From Candidatus Tariuqbacter arcticus (lineage in GTDB: Bacteria > Electryoneota > Tariuqbacteria > Tariuqbacterales > Tariuqbacteraceae), in NCBI GenBank assembly GCA_013202315.1, contig JABMRZ010000458.1, forward strand, positions 1 to 25,582: a stretch of 25,582 nt of DNA. The letters run 5' to 3'. Position numbers and translations under genes: made by a program. This document shows, piece after piece, positions 9,176-17,026 of the stretch (its first letter is position 1; every line of letters begins with the position of its first letter). The notes under the pieces were generated by a model. The model worked only from the letters and a program-made list of their open reading frames with translations. It ran no database searches and had not been told where the DNA came from.

Positions 9176-9964
9176 TTACTTGATTTCATCTTTGGCTTCA
9201 TTCCAGATGGCGTCCATCTCTTCCAGGGTTGATTCGTGTGGGGAGGTTCCCCTTTCGGCTAATTTTTCTTCGATGTATTGGAAGCGCCGGATGAATTTGT
9301 GAACGGTGCGGTTGAGTGATAGTTCAGCGTCGATACTCAGCCATTTTCCCAAGTTGACCAGGACGAAGAGCAGGTCGCCGAATTCCTCTTCCATACGCTC
9401 AGTATCGCCGCTTTGGCGGGCGGATTGAAATTCGGACCATTCTTCCTGCAGTTTATCATCCACGCCGGCGACATCCTTCCAGTCGAAGCCGACTCCGGCG
9501 GCTTTTTCCTGCACTCTGAAGGCGGCGAGGAGGGCTGGCAGATGGGCTGGGACGCCGGCGAACAGCGAGCGTTTTTCATCGGTTATTTTAATCGCTTCCC
9601 AGTTGTCTTTGACCTGTTTTGGTGTATCTGCTTTCGTGTCTCCGAAGACATGGGGGTGGCGGCGGATTAGTTTTTCGACGCAGGTTTGAGCGACATCGTT
9701 CAAGTCGAAATTCCCATTTTCGTCGGCGATTTGGGCGTGGAAGACGATGTGCAGCAGTAAGTCGCCCAGTTCGTTTTTGAGGGATTCGGAGTCGCTCGAT
9801 TCGATGGCGCTCAGAACTTCGTAGGCTTCTTCAATCAGGTAGGGGCGGAGGGACATATGGTCTTGTTCACGGTCCCAGGGGCAGCCATCGGGGGCTCGCA
9901 GGCGCGTCATAATTTCGGCTAAGCTGGCGACGGCGGGGTATTTATCGTCCGTATTTTCGTTCAT
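9176..9964 (-). CDS. mazG: Nucleoside triphosphate pyrophosphohydrolase MazG (tandem domain)
   Basis: LRAPDGCPWDREQ, IEEAYEV, ELGDLL, KLIRRHPHVF, second-domain EEFGDLLF. Start placed at ATG 9964 rather than the ORF-track start at 10009. Confidence 0.95.
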   Translation of the reverse strand: MNENTDDKYPAVASLAEIMTRLRAPDGCPWDREQDHMSLRPYLIEEAYEVLSAIESSDSESLKNELGDLLLHIVFHAQIADENGNFDLNDVAQTCVEKLIRRHPHVFGDTKADTPKQVKDNWEAIKITDEKRSLFAGVPAHLPALLAAFRVQEKAAGVGFDWKDVAGVDDKLQEEWSEFQSARQSGDTERMEEEFGDLLFVLVNLGKWLSIDAELSLNRTVHKFIRRFQYIEEKLAERGTSPHESTLEEMDAIWNEAKDEIK

Positions 9965-9986
9965 AGGGGAATTATTTATTTTTATG

Positions 9987-10017
9987 AAGTGCCAAGTGTC
10001 AAGTACCAAGTGCCAAG
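9987..10017. repeat. Degenerate heptamer array (aagtgcc)n
   Basis: aagtgcc aagtgtc aagtacc aagtgcc aag. Confidence 0.75.
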
Positions 10018-10264
10018 AATTCTGCTTGATACTGACTATATTTAAGATATTATAGGATCTGGTTTGTCTGGGTTAAAAACATTTAATTTATACATTCCAT
10101 ACGCTGAAAGCAAATTTTATGAAGGGGGAATTGGAGAAGCGATTCTTCTCTTTTGCAATGTTGGTGGAGCAATTGAAATATGTAAACCACCATCATTTAA
10201 GGAAATGTTGGTAGTCTGATTGATATTCCGAAATTCATCGAATATTATAATTCCACTAAAAAAC

Positions 10265-10292
10265 TTGATTTTTTTAAAAAATATCGTATTAT
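10265..10292 (+). promoter_or_regulatory. Possible sigma70 promoter of the dCTP-deaminase/GNAT-ASCH unit
   Basis: TTGATT-16 nt-TATTAT about 50 nt before the ATG at 10344. The region is very AT-rich, so a chance match is possible. Confidence 0.35.
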
Positions 10293-10343
10293 ACTAGAAA
10301 GAAATACGCCAAAATCTCATAAATTTGCGTTAGGAAGTAGGAT

Positions 10344-11516
10344 ATGAATAATAAGAATCGGGCTGATGAAATCACTCGTCCGGGAATTTTAAATAAAAAT
10401 CAGATAATCAAATTAATGGACTATGAACATATAATAAATGGTGACAAAAATCACATTGGTGTATCTTCATTTGATCTGCACTTAAGCAAACTTGGATGGA
10501 AATTGGATGCAGGTTTTAAATGTAGGAGCGATAGAACAATAAATGAAATAATCAAGTCCGCTAAAAGTGATGAATTTGAAATAAAACAATTGACTTTATC
10601 TGATTCTGGATTAAAATTAGATAGAGGAAAGACATATTTATTTGAGTTACGGGAAACAATAAATCTTCCGGTTAATTTCTGGGGACAAGGAACTGGGAGA
10701 AGCTCAATTGGACGGCTTGATGTTTTAACAAGATTGTTAGCAGATAATGAAGAACGATACGATGTTGTGACAAATGGTAATAAAAGTTTGTATGTTGAAA
10801 TAACCCCCTTGTCTTTTCCAATTAGGGTGTATCCGGGAACTCCAATATATCAATTGCGTATCGCCTATGGCGATTTTAACAGATTGAGATTGCAAAATGA
10901 CTTACTTAAGTTATATAATGAGTTGCTTAAAAAAGAAAATGGGGAACGATTATCCGGTGAAGATCAGGCATATCTTAGGTTAAATTTGATGCCGGACATT
11001 AGTATACCGGGCAAGAATAAAGTAGTTGCATTTAAAGCTAAGACAAGTGATGATAATGTAATAGACTTGAAAAAAGAGAATGAAGGATTCTATCGACCCG
11101 AAGATTACTGGGAGAAAAAGAAATGTGAAATCACAATAGGAGGGAACTCCGCCCTGAGGATTAAAAAGGATGATTTCTATATTTTAAGATCTTTAGAGAG
11201 ATTTGACTTGCCGGATAATATTGCTGTATATGGTGTTGCGATGACTGAGGAAGTAGGGGAGTTAAGAATACATCATGCGGGTTTTATTCATCCTCGGTTT
11301 GGAAATAATCGTAAAGATAATAAGGGAGCGCCGTTAATATTTGAAGTTCGTGGACACGATATTGAGATGTTATTAATTCATGGAGATGTTATGGCTGAGT
11401 TAAAATACTACCCAATGTCACTTCCAGCGCCGCCTCCAGATAAAAAAGATGATCTTTATTCAAATCAGGAATTAACATTATCAAAATATTTTGGCAATTG
11501 GGAAAATGAAGATTAA
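10344..11516 (+). CDS. dcd: Duplicated-domain 2'-deoxycytidine 5'-triphosphate deaminase family protein (trimeric dUTPase fold, DCD_N + DCD_C type)
   Basis: GILNK..., SSFDLHL, GRSSIGRLDVLTR, LYVEITPLSFPI, FYILRSLE, GELRIHHAGFIHPRFG, LIFEVRGHD, and C-terminal YSNQELTLSKYF follow the long alphaproteobacterial-type dCTP deaminase pattern. Confidence 0.82.
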   Translation: MNNKNRADEITRPGILNKNQIIKLMDYEHIINGDKNHIGVSSFDLHLSKLGWKLDAGFKCRSDRTINEIIKSAKSDEFEIKQLTLSDSGLKLDRGKTYLFELRETINLPVNFWGQGTGRSSIGRLDVLTRLLADNEERYDVVTNGNKSLYVEITPLSFPIRVYPGTPIYQLRIAYGDFNRLRLQNDLLKLYNELLKKENGERLSGEDQAYLRLNLMPDISIPGKNKVVAFKAKTSDDNVIDLKKENEGFYRPEDYWEKKKCEITIGGNSALRIKKDDFYILRSLERFDLPDNIAVYGVAMTEEVGELRIHHAGFIHPRFGNNRKDNKGAPLIFEVRGHDIEMLLIHGDVMAELKYYPMSLPAPPPDKKDDLYSNQELTLSKYFGNWENED

Positions 11517-12492
11517 TATACATAAGATAAATAATACTAACATAGATTGGAAGCGAGAGCTACAAAAAGAGCATCGTGAGGTCGTTATTGAAGCTTCTGA
11601 TTTATATCCTGGAATAGAAATTTGGTATGACCGTAAGGTCAATCCCGGGATTGAGAGTGGCGAGAGGGTTAGCTATCTAATTACTAAGGATAACAACCCA
11701 GTAGCCGCTGCAATTGCAAAACAGGGGGAAGATGCAAAAATCTGCAGTGTAAGAGTTAGAGATGAGGCGATGAATGAAGGATTTGGGGCTATACTTTTTT
11801 TACTTTTAGCTTTTAGTTTTAGACGAGGAACTAAAACAGTCCATTTCACTGCTCCGGATCATCTTTGGAATGAATATGAAAATTTCTTTACTGGGATGGG
11901 TTTTGGAAGAATAGGGAAGGCAGGGGAACAATATCGCTTATTTGATCCAGAAATAGTTGCTGAAGTAGATTACTTGCATTTTAAAAAGAATGTTTTTGAA
12001 AAATATTTTGCCCGATATGCAGGGCAACTTTCTCAAATAAATGATGATCGAATCGATGTCTTATTGAGCATTAAACCAAAATATGCTAATAGAATTATTA
12101 ATCGCACTAAAATTATGGAATTAAGAAGAAGATTTTCTAAAAAATGGATTGGTAGTAGTGCCTTAATATATGCATCTGCACCAGAACGAGCTATAGTTGC
12201 TAAAGTTAGAATTGCACATGTTATTAAAGATAAACCTATTGCTGTATGGAACAACTGGAAAGATGCAATCGATTGCAGTGAGGAGGAATTTCTTATTTAT
12301 ACAAAAGATATTGACGAGGTTTATGGAATATTGTTTGGTAATGTGATTAGTGTTGGTCCATTTTACTTGACTGCTATGGAGAACAAGTTAGAAGATACAT
12401 TAACACCTCCACAATCATATTTAAACTTGTCGATTAATAGTAAATGGGAAAGAGCAATTGCTTTATCAAATATGTCGCTGCAGAACATCTGA
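11506..12492 (+). CDS. GNAT-like acetyltransferase fused to C-terminal ASCH/PUA-like domain
   Basis: N-terminal YPGIEIWYDRKV...KICSVRV...EGFGAILF (GNAT motif A-like). C-terminal VLLSIKPKYANRII...KIMELRR...LIYASAP...PPQSY (ASCH/PUA signature). ATG 11506 overlaps the dcd stop by 11 nt. Confidence 0.8.
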   Translation: MKINIHKINNTNIDWKRELQKEHREVVIEASDLYPGIEIWYDRKVNPGIESGERVSYLITKDNNPVAAAIAKQGEDAKICSVRVRDEAMNEGFGAILFLLLAFSFRRGTKTVHFTAPDHLWNEYENFFTGMGFGRIGKAGEQYRLFDPEIVAEVDYLHFKKNVFEKYFARYAGQLSQINDDRIDVLLSIKPKYANRIINRTKIMELRRRFSKKWIGSSALIYASAPERAIVAKVRIAHVIKDKPIAVWNNWKDAIDCSEEEFLIYTKDIDEVYGILFGNVISVGPFYLTAMENKLEDTLTPPQSYLNLSINSKWERAIALSNMSLQNI

Positions 12493-12532
12493 ATATCTAT
12501 TTATATATTGAAAATATTACAGTTGACTATTC

Positions 12533-12556
12533 GCCCCCGGTTGGGGGCTTTTTTTT
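12533..12556 (+). terminator. Rho-independent terminator closing the dcd/GNAT-ASCH unit
   Basis: gccccc-ggtt-gggggc followed by 8 T. Confidence 0.85.
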
Positions 12557-12682
12557 ACCCACTTGCATAAGTAGCACAGCTGGGCGGGATTAAAGTCCGC
12601 TCCAAGAATGGAAGAAAACCCTATCCCTGTACATATTCGGTGTAGATATCACCAACTCCAGCGTGGATTATGACAGCCATAT

Positions 12683-12711
12683 TTGACTATTTAAGATGGA
12701 TTTTGTACATT
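12683..12711 (+). promoter_or_regulatory. sigma70-type promoter of the POR cluster
   Basis: TTGACT-17 nt-TACATT, followed by an RBS (aggaga) before ATG 12753. Confidence 0.55.
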
Positions 12712-12752
12712 GTGAACTGATACAATAGGCAATAAAGCTATAGGAGAAGTAG

Positions 12753-13295
12753 ATGATAGAATTCAGGTTCCATTCGCGGGGCGGTCAAGGCGGGGTGATC
12801 GCAGGGAAATTATTGGCGGTCGCTTTTAATAAGGAGAATAAACATGTGCAGACCTTCCCCACTTTCGGCGTTGAACGGCGGGCTGCGCCGGTGATGACTT
12901 TCGTGCGAATAGACGACAAACCCATCAGGATTCGCAATCAAGTGTATGAGCCGGATATTTTAGTGATTATGGATCCATCGCTGATAAAGTTCACTCCGGT
13001 GTTGAACGGTTTGAAGGATGGCGGGACTATAATAGTCAACAGTGAGCATCCGCCGGAATATTTTGACTTTCCGAAGAAATTCAAGACCATCACCCTTAAC
13101 GCATCGGCAATCGCTTTGTCTCATAAATTAGGGTCGGTCACTCAACCGATTGTGAATACGGCGATATTGGGTGCGCTGGCGAAAATTACCGGATTAATTA
13201 GCATCGATTCGGTAACGGCGGCGGTCAAGGAAGAGAGTCCGGTGCGACCGGAGGATAATGTCGCCGCGGCGTTAGAGGCTTATAACGCTGTTTAA
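12753..13295 (+). CDS. porC: Pyruvate/2-oxoacid:ferredoxin oxidoreductase gamma subunit
   Basis: EFRFHSRGGQGGV, FPTFGVERRAAPV, YEPDILVIMD, IVNTAILGA. Confidence 0.93.
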   Translation: MIEFRFHSRGGQGGVIAGKLLAVAFNKENKHVQTFPTFGVERRAAPVMTFVRIDDKPIRIRNQVYEPDILVIMDPSLIKFTPVLNGLKDGGTIIVNSEHPPEYFDFPKKFKTITLNASAIALSHKLGSVTQPIVNTAILGALAKITGLISIDSVTAAVKEESPVRPEDNVAAALEAYNAV

Positions 13296-13382
13296 TCGGT
13301 AAATTGGTAAAGCAGTTAAATAGTAAAATAGTAGAATGGTGAATGGTTAATTGAGGATTAATTTTGGGAATATCATCATCCC

Positions 13383-13414
13383 CTATAGCCTATAGCCTAT
13401 AGCCCAAAGCCTAT
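13383..13414. repeat. Degenerate heptamer array (ctatagc)n
   Basis: ctatagc ctatagc ctatagc ccaaagc ctat. Confidence 0.75.
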
Positions 13415-13433
13415 TTACAAATCAGGAGAATAA

Positions 13434-15143
13434 ATGGCTGAAGATAAACCGATTATATTTAAGACTTATAGAGACCTTCCGCTGATGCCGGCATCTTTGG
13501 GACGGATGACGGTGAACGACACCGGCAGCTGGCGGAATGTGGAACCGTATTATATAGACCATACGCCTCCGTGTAATTTGAAATGCCCGGCTGGCAATGA
13601 TATCGTGAATTTTTTGCGATTGACATCGGAGGGGAAATTTCGTCAGGCGTGGGAATTGATATTGGAAACATCGCCTTTTCCCGGAGTGTGCGGGCGTGTA
13701 TGCCCTCATCCGTGTGAAAGCGAATGTAACCGTGACAAGTTGGGCGGGGTCATCAATATCCATTCCATCGAGCGTTTCCTGGCTGATATGAATTTCGAGG
13801 CTCCGATACAGGAAGTTTCCATTAAATATCCCGATAAAAAAGTCGCCATAATTGGTTCGGGACCGGCGGGGTTGGCTTGCGCCTGGCATCTGAATCGAGC
13901 CGGTTATCCCTCAACCGTATTTGAAAGCCACCCTCAAGCTGGGGGGATGATGCGGGTGGGGATTCCCGATTACCGTTTGCCCAAAGAGGTGCTCGATCGT
14001 GAAATCGCCGCCATTCAAGCCGGCGGCACTGAAATCAAGACAAGCTGCCGGGTGGGAGATGATATCACTTTCGATGAATTGATGAAGGAATATGCAGCAA
14101 TATTCATTGCTGTCGGATTCCACCAGAGCCGTGCTTTGGGTGCTGAAGGGGAGGGGCATCACGATGTTGTGCCGGGCATAGAAGTGCTTAAGCGGATTGC
14201 GTTAGGGGAAGCGCATGGATTGAAGGAGAAGGTATTGGTAGTCGGCGGCGGCAATACTGCTATGGACGCCGCCAGGTCGGCTCACCGGTTGGGGGCGGAA
14301 GTAACAGTGGTATATCGGCGGACGCGAAATGAGATGCCGGCGATTCCGGAAGAAATCGATGAATTATTGGCTGAGGGGATACCGATAGATTTTTTAACCA
14401 CTCCGGTTAAGGTCCATACCAACGGCGATGTGATAGAAAAGGTCGAATGCATCAGGATGAAATTGGGCGAGCCGGATTCATCGGGACGGCGCCGTCCTGT
14501 TCCCATCGAAGGGTCCAACTTCTTCGTGGAAGCTGACCAAGTTATCACCGCCATTGGGGAAACGCCGGATTTGGGGTTCGTTTCCGAAGATTTGAAGGTT
14601 GAACGGTGGGGAGTCATCGCCGATGATTTCGGCGTTACTAATATTCCCGGCGTATTTGCGGGGGGCGATGCGGCGACCGGTGAGGGGACGGTTACTCACG
14701 CTATAGGTTCCGGCAGTCGCGCCGCTTCGGCGATTATCAATTTCATCCAAGGTGGAGAATTAAGTGAGAAGGATAAGCTTTCGCCTTCACTGCAGAGAGT
14801 TGATTCAAAAGTGGTGAGGTTTGAAGATTTGAATTTGGATTATTTCGAGCGGCAAGAGCGGATTGAACCCTCGCACATTGCTTTGGAAGAGAGGCGGGGG
14901 AAGTTCACGGAGATTTACCAGACGATGGATGCGGCGCGGGCTTTGTATGAAGCGCAACGGTGTATGTCCTGCGGGACTTGCCCCGCTTGCGATAACTGTT
15001 TCGTGTTCTGCCCGGATGCGGCTATCGCTTACAGCGATGAACCCGGTCAGAAGTATGTGATTGATATTATGCACTGCAAGGGGTGCGGGTTGTGCGCATC
15101 CGAATGCCCCAGGATGTGCGTTGAAATGAAGCCGGTGAAATGA
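13434..15143 (+). CDS. GltD/DsrL-like FAD/NAD(P)-dependent Fe-S oxidoreductase with PorD-like termini
   Basis: N-terminal TGSWR, PPCNLKCP and GRVCPHPCESEC Fe-S motifs, GSGPAG and GGGNTAMD Rossmann motifs, VYRR, FAGGD, and C-terminal CMSCGTCPACDNC...CP and CKGCGLCASECP ferredoxin motifs. Confidence 0.9.
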   Translation: MAEDKPIIFKTYRDLPLMPASLGRMTVNDTGSWRNVEPYYIDHTPPCNLKCPAGNDIVNFLRLTSEGKFRQAWELILETSPFPGVCGRVCPHPCESECNRDKLGGVINIHSIERFLADMNFEAPIQEVSIKYPDKKVAIIGSGPAGLACAWHLNRAGYPSTVFESHPQAGGMMRVGIPDYRLPKEVLDREIAAIQAGGTEIKTSCRVGDDITFDELMKEYAAIFIAVGFHQSRALGAEGEGHHDVVPGIEVLKRIALGEAHGLKEKVLVVGGGNTAMDAARSAHRLGAEVTVVYRRTRNEMPAIPEEIDELLAEGIPIDFLTTPVKVHTNGDVIEKVECIRMKLGEPDSSGRRRPVPIEGSNFFVEADQVITAIGETPDLGFVSEDLKVERWGVIADDFGVTNIPGVFAGGDAATGEGTVTHAIGSGSRAASAIINFIQGGELSEKDKLSPSLQRVDSKVVRFEDLNLDYFERQERIEPSHIALEERRGKFTEIYQTMDAARALYEAQRCMSCGTCPACDNCFVFCPDAAIAYSDEPGQKYVIDIMHCKGCGLCASECPRMCVEMKPVK

Positions 15144-15173
15144 GTTAAAAGTTAAAGGTGAAAAGTTAAAAGT
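15093..15173 (+). repeat. 81-bp direct repeat, copy 1
   Basis: tgcgcatccgaatgccccagg...gtgaaaagttaaaagt. Matches 15798-15878 at 79 of 81 positions by manual alignment. Confidence 0.95.
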
Positions 15174-15209
15174 TGTTATTATATGAATGTTCATAACTTT
15201 GGAGTTCGT

Positions 15210-15413
15210 ATGATAGAAAGAAAATATACAGTAGTTTATGAACCTGAAGAGGATGGCGGATACATAGCGCGCGTTCCAGCTTTACCGGGATGCACCACCG
15301 AGGGGGATACTTTAGAAGAAGCCAGAGCTATGGTTAAAGACGCTGTCCGCGGCTATATTGAATGTTTGCTTGAAAGGAAACTACCTGTTCCCGAATTTTC
15401 TGAGTATACATAA
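15210..15413 (+). CDS. hicB: HicB-family antitoxin-like protein (UPF0150-type, RNase H-fold only)
   Basis: KYTVVYEPEEDGGYIARVPALPGCTTEGDTLEEARAMVKDAVRGYIE. RBS ggag precedes ATG 15210. Confidence 0.88.
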   Translation: MIERKYTVVYEPEEDGGYIARVPALPGCTTEGDTLEEARAMVKDAVRGYIECLLERKLPVPEFSEYT

Positions 15414-15426
15414 ACGAAAGGTTAAA

Positions 15427-15834
15427 ATGGGTGATATATACATTCCCCTGAATATAATTAACGACCAGGAGCCGGAAAGACATCTTGAAATGCGATTCCT
15501 GGTTGATACCGGCGCCACCAGAGCCTGGATACCTGAAAACATCGCTGAAGAGCTTTTAATAGAACCGGTGGGACGGGTTCCTTTAGAACTCGCAGATGGA
15601 AATATCAGCGAATATCCTTATGGATTGTGCAAGTTTGAATATGAGGGTGAAATCGTCAACGGCACGGTAGTTATCGGGCCGAAGGATATTGAACCCATTG
15701 CGGGGACGCATTTGCTTCAAGACTTCCGCCTGATAGTCGATTTAGCCCATCACACTATTAAGCGGGGCAGGGCGATGAGGGCGAAGTATTGTCGGCTTGC
15801 GCATCCGAATGTTCCAGGATGTGCGTTGAAATGA
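15427..15834 (+). CDS. Clan AA (retropepsin-like) aspartyl protease
   Basis: FLVDTGAT catalytic motif, LELADG flap, and EPIAGTHLLQDFRLIVD (xxLGxxxLxxxxLxVD-like). Start placed at ATG 15427. The last ~12 codons come from the repeat copy. Confidence 0.85.
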   Translation: MGDIYIPLNIINDQEPERHLEMRFLVDTGATRAWIPENIAEELLIEPVGRVPLELADGNISEYPYGLCKFEYEGEIVNGTVVIGPKDIEPIAGTHLLQDFRLIVDLAHHTIKRGRAMRAKYCRLAHPNVPGCALK

Positions 15835-15878
15835 AGCCGGTGAAATGAGTTAAAAGTTAAAGGTGAAAAGTTAAAAGT
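15798..15878 (+). repeat. 81-bp direct repeat, copy 2
   Basis: Copy of 15093-15173 with cc changed to tt at two adjacent positions. Confidence 0.95.
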
Positions 15879-15932
15879 GAACTGTAGATTTTAATAAAAA
15901 ATAGGGAAATTAATATTTGGTAGGAGTTTCTT

Positions 15933-16133
15933 ATGGGAAAATTATATAATGTATCAATAATAAACAAACACGATGTCTGGTTACAAGAAGACGAGGAGAA
16001 TCCTTTCTCCTGGGTAGTTATGAGTAAAGAACAATTAGAACAAATACTCTATAGACCACTTAAACGGGGAGAGATGCTTAAAGGGAGAGAAATTGCCGAC
16101 TATGATGATATTGTGTGGATTAACTTTTTATAG
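15933..16133 (+). CDS. Small hypothetical protein (66 aa)
   Basis: RBS aggag about 6 nt before the ATG. No recognised motif. Confidence 0.55.
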   Translation: MGKLYNVSIINKHDVWLQEDEENPFSWVVMSKEQLEQILYRPLKRGEMLKGREIADYDDIVWINFL

Positions 16134-16156
16134 AAAAATATCTTGAGTCATTGGAA

Positions 16157-16885
16157 ATGAAAACAACTAATTTTACATATTCTGAAGCGATTGAACGGGT
16201 TCTATTGGACAATAATTATATTGCGCCTCTCAGAAAAATATACAAAGACATTGTTAAATATCGACCTCTTACTGGAAAAACCCCTTATAACACGATTCAA
16301 GAAAGAGTGCAGAGGGATCCAAAATTCACTAAAATAGGATTAGGCGTATATGCATTAACCGAGTACTTAGATAAATTACCTGTTGCCTCTGAACCCCAAA
16401 ATAAGAAGGAAGAAGAAGAACGAACTCACTATTCTATCCAAGGGATGTTGCTTGAGATAGGCAATATAGAGGGCTTTGATACTTATTCAGCAAACAAGAA
16501 TGCAGTTTTTGATAATAAACCTTTGAATCAAATCATGACTCTTTCTGAATTTCCAAACTTCACATATCCTCGTATAATTCAATCGATAAGATTTATTGAT
16601 ATCTTATGGTTCAACGACAGGGGTTTTCCAAAATCCGCTTTTGAAATAGAAATTACACCACAATTCAGAAATTCTTTAATAAAGTTCTGCGAATTAAGTG
16701 ATTTTTTTACAAAATTCTATATTATAGCCGAGTCTAAAAATAAAAAGAAATATGAAAGAGAAATATCAAGGCCGGTCTTTAAAGAAATCAAAGGAAGATG
16801 TTTATTCAAAACTTGTGACCAAGTTAGAGAAATGTACTTGAAGTCGGTTGAAAAACAAAAGGTCTATACTGAGTTTTTTTGTTAA
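16157..16885 (+). CDS. HARE-HTH domain + restriction-endonuclease-fold protein
   Basis: N-terminal TYSEAIERVL...KIY...TGKTPYNTI...FTKIGLGVYAL (HARE-HTH pattern). C-terminal HYSIQGMLLEIG...FIDILWF...AFEIE (PD-(D/E)xE variant). Confidence 0.75.
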   Translation: MKTTNFTYSEAIERVLLDNNYIAPLRKIYKDIVKYRPLTGKTPYNTIQERVQRDPKFTKIGLGVYALTEYLDKLPVASEPQNKKEEEERTHYSIQGMLLEIGNIEGFDTYSANKNAVFDNKPLNQIMTLSEFPNFTYPRIIQSIRFIDILWFNDRGFPKSAFEIEITPQFRNSLIKFCELSDFFTKFYIIAESKNKKKYEREISRPVFKEIKGRCLFKTCDQVREMYLKSVEKQKVYTEFFC

Positions 16886-17026
16886 CATTTTTTTATGGAT
16901 TCAATGTAGTTTTTCGGCTTACAAGAGTATATAAATGTATTAATAATAACAAAGTGAATTATGTGTTTTTTAAGTAAACCATTTCATCAGAGATATAAGA
17001 TTGATACCATTTCATCAGGAGTATGA

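Noticed and set aside
10134-10154. Hairpin gagaag-cgatt-cttctc followed by tttt
   Set aside because: Short stem in AT-rich DNA with no plus-strand gene directly upstream, so it is not supportable as a terminator.
10344-11516. Assignment to the published anti-phage dCTP deaminase family
   Set aside because: That family has a kinase-like domain plus a zinc CDA-fold deaminase (HAE...PCxxC). This protein lacks those motifs and has the trimeric dUTPase-fold signatures.
12709-12727. Rex/CRP-like operator (ttgtgaactgatacaa) at the POR promoter
   Set aside because: Only the left half matches TTGTGAA. The right half deviates too much to call.
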